Source: an uncultured Candidatus Saccharibacteria bacterium (GTDB taxonomy: Bacteria; Patescibacteriota; Doudnabacteria; UBA920). Taken from it: 64,000 nucleotides of DNA. The position numbers and the translations under genes were made by a program. The DNA lies in contig CAYTCJ010000002.1 of NCBI GenBank assembly GCA_964436545.1, positions 110,738 through 174,737 of the forward strand, given 5' to 3'. Shown here piece by piece: positions 62,529 to 64,000 of the stretch (positions are counted from its first letter, which is position 1; every line of letters starts with the position of its first letter). The notes beneath the pieces were generated by a model that saw only the letters and a list, made by a program, of their open reading frames with translations, did not search any database and was not told the DNA's origin.

Positions 62529-64000
62529 ATGAACAGCAATAACTTCTCTTACATTTTAGAACGACTCTCTTCCAGAGCTAAAAATGCGCTCATTGCCGCC
62601 CAAATGGCCAGTGAGGAACTTAAACATGACCATATTGGCACCGAGCATTTACTGTTTGGCATAATTTCCGAAAAATCCAGTTTTGCTTCGGAAATTTTAA
62701 ATAAAACCAAACTCAGTCCGGAAATAGTTAAACAAGAAGTAATGCTGGTTAACAGCAATAACCAAGTCGCCAGTTGGAAACCCGTATTGTCGGAAAATTT
62801 AAAATCCGCCATAGAAAAATCCGCCATTATGGCGAGCCAATTTGGTTACCAATTCATTGGCACCGAACATTTTTTGTATGGCCTATTGGCTATGCAACAA
62901 AACAAAGCCCGAGTAATTCTCTCCAAACTGGGCGTGGATTTATACGAACTGGAACAAAACTTGTTAAACGTATTTGAAAACATTTCTAAATTTCCGGAAA
63001 TTCCCGAAAACGATAACAAAGCGCAATCCCCCCAAAATCCCCTTAACCAAAATCAGAAAAAACCCTCTGCGCTGGATTACTTTACTACCGATTTAGGCAA
63101 AAAGGCGTCCCAAGGCTTAGTGGATCCGGTGGTAGGCAGAAAGACGGAAATTGAAAGAGTGATTTCCATACTCAATCGCCGAACCAAAAATAATCCTTTA
63201 CTCATTGGGGAAGCCGGAGTGGGCAAAACCGCCATTGTGGAAGGTTTGGCTTTAGCCATTGCCAAAAAAGAAGTGCCCGATTCCCTTTTGGACAAAAAAA
63301 TTCTCTCTTTGGATTTAGCTTTAATTGTGGCTGGCAGTATGTTTAGGGGTGAATTTGAAAATCGCTTAAAACAAATTATTGAGGAAGTAAAAAATAACCC
63401 GAATATTATTTTATTTATAGATGAACTGCATACCATGGTGGGGGCAGGTGCCACAAGTGGCAGTTTAGATGCGGCCAATATTTTAAAACCCGCTCTCGCA
63501 CGAGGCGAACTACGGGCCATTGGCGCCACCACTTTAGCCGAATACAAAAAACATATCGAACCCGACTCCGCTTTGGAAAGAAGATTCCAATCGGTGTTAG
63601 TGGAAGAGCCCACTAAAGAAGAAGCGGTGAATATTTTAACCGGTTTGAAGCCTAATTATGAAAAGCACCATAATGTAATTATTACCGACGATGCCATTAA
63701 ATCTGCAGTGGAACTTTCGGCTCGCTACATTAATGACCGCTATTTACCCGACAAGGCCGTAGACTTAATCGACGAAACCGCCGCTTTTTTAAGAAGCATA
63801 ACTTCCCCCAGCAAGCTTTTTCGGCTTACCAAAAAATTAGAAAACGATTTACAAAGTTTGGAAGCGGAAAAAACCAAAGCCGTTTTAGCTCAAGATTTTA
63901 CCACCGCCTTGCATTTAAGAACTCAGGAAGAAAAACTACTCAAACAAAAAGCCGAGCTGAGTAAAACCTTACTCAGCGAGAACCAAACCCCAAAACACAC
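62529..64000 (+). CDS. clpC: ClpC/ClpB-family AAA+ chaperone ATPase, 5' partial (runs off the window)
   Basis: Two Clp_N repeats, then the Walker A region GEAGVGKTAIVEGLA. Absent from the ORF track because there is no stop in the window. The antisense ORFs 62549-62827 and 63077-63613 are spurious. Confidence 0.8.
   Translation, partial: MNSNNFSYILERLSSRAKNALIAAQMASEELKHDHIGTEHLLFGIISEKSSFASEILNKTKLSPEIVKQEVMLVNSNNQVASWKPVLSENLKSAIEKSAIMASQFGYQFIGTEHFLYGLLAMQQNKARVILSKLGVDLYELEQNLLNVFENISKFPEIPENDNKAQSPQNPLNQNQKKPSALDYFTTDLGKKASQGLVDPVVGRKTEIERVISILNRRTKNNPLLIGEAGVGKTAIVEGLALAIAKKEVPDSLLDKKILSLDLALIVAGSMFRGEFENRLKQIIEEVKNNPNIILFIDELHTMVGAGATSGSLDAANILKPALARGELRAIGATTLAEYKKHIEPDSALERRFQSVLVEEPTKEEAVNILTGLKPNYEKHHNVIITDDAIKSAVELSARYINDRYLPDKAVDLIDETAAFLRSITSPSKLFRLTKKLENDLQSLEAEKTKAVLAQDFTTALHLRTQEEKLLKQKAELSKTLLSENQTPKH

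Noticed and set aside
62549-63613. Minus-strand ORFs 62549-62827 and 63077-63613
   Set aside because: They are antisense to a clear ClpC-family AAA+ gene (62529 onward) that the ORF track missed because it has no stop within the window.

Overview
The window reads as an AT-rich (roughly 35-40% GC by eye) bacterial chromosome segment, densely packed with small housekeeping genes and using the standard genetic code. A Patescibacteria/CPR-like origin is possible, but that is inference only. Recognisable genes and clusters include: mltG; fmt-def with two tandem DnaQ-like exonucleases; gltX; a block of secreted cell-wall hydrolases (M23, GH73-like, C39-like); rpmA; pyrG; rplI; ftsEX-prfB; a P-type ATPase; a dNTP/thymidylate cluster (tmk, HD, CYTH, thyA, folA, dcd); secE-nusG-rplK-rplA; folD; mreBCD-mrdA; proS; rseP; frr; holB; miaA; gatCAB; secA; lemA-htpX; recX; and partial clpC. 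I found no rRNA or CRISPR arrays and could not recognise any tRNA.

Several things are not explained by the protein-coding track:
- Several short GC-rich islands (about 4638-4880, 12420-12765, 21990-22292, 32290-32811, 32860-33216, 33426-33550) are made of perfect nested hairpins. They are open in several reading frames and flanked by intrinsic terminators, so they look like structured RNAs or inserted elements. I could not identify any of them.
- A 388-bp stretch is 100% identical between two adjacent hydrolase genes, giving them the same N-terminal module with different C-terminal catalytic domains.
- A DUF559 endonuclease gene sits inside an array of about 30-bp hairpin repeats.
- Short heptamer-based repeats (ATCTGTG/CACAGAT, CTAATCG, TTTTGTCAT, GCAT...ATTAG) recur across the genome and abut many start codons. 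Shine-Dalgarno sequences are mostly absent there, and some promoters look leaderless.
- A 36-bp perfect GC palindrome sits in frame at the N-terminus of an exonuclease gene.

The ORF track accepts TTG/GTG starts, so several listed N-termini are probably over-extended.
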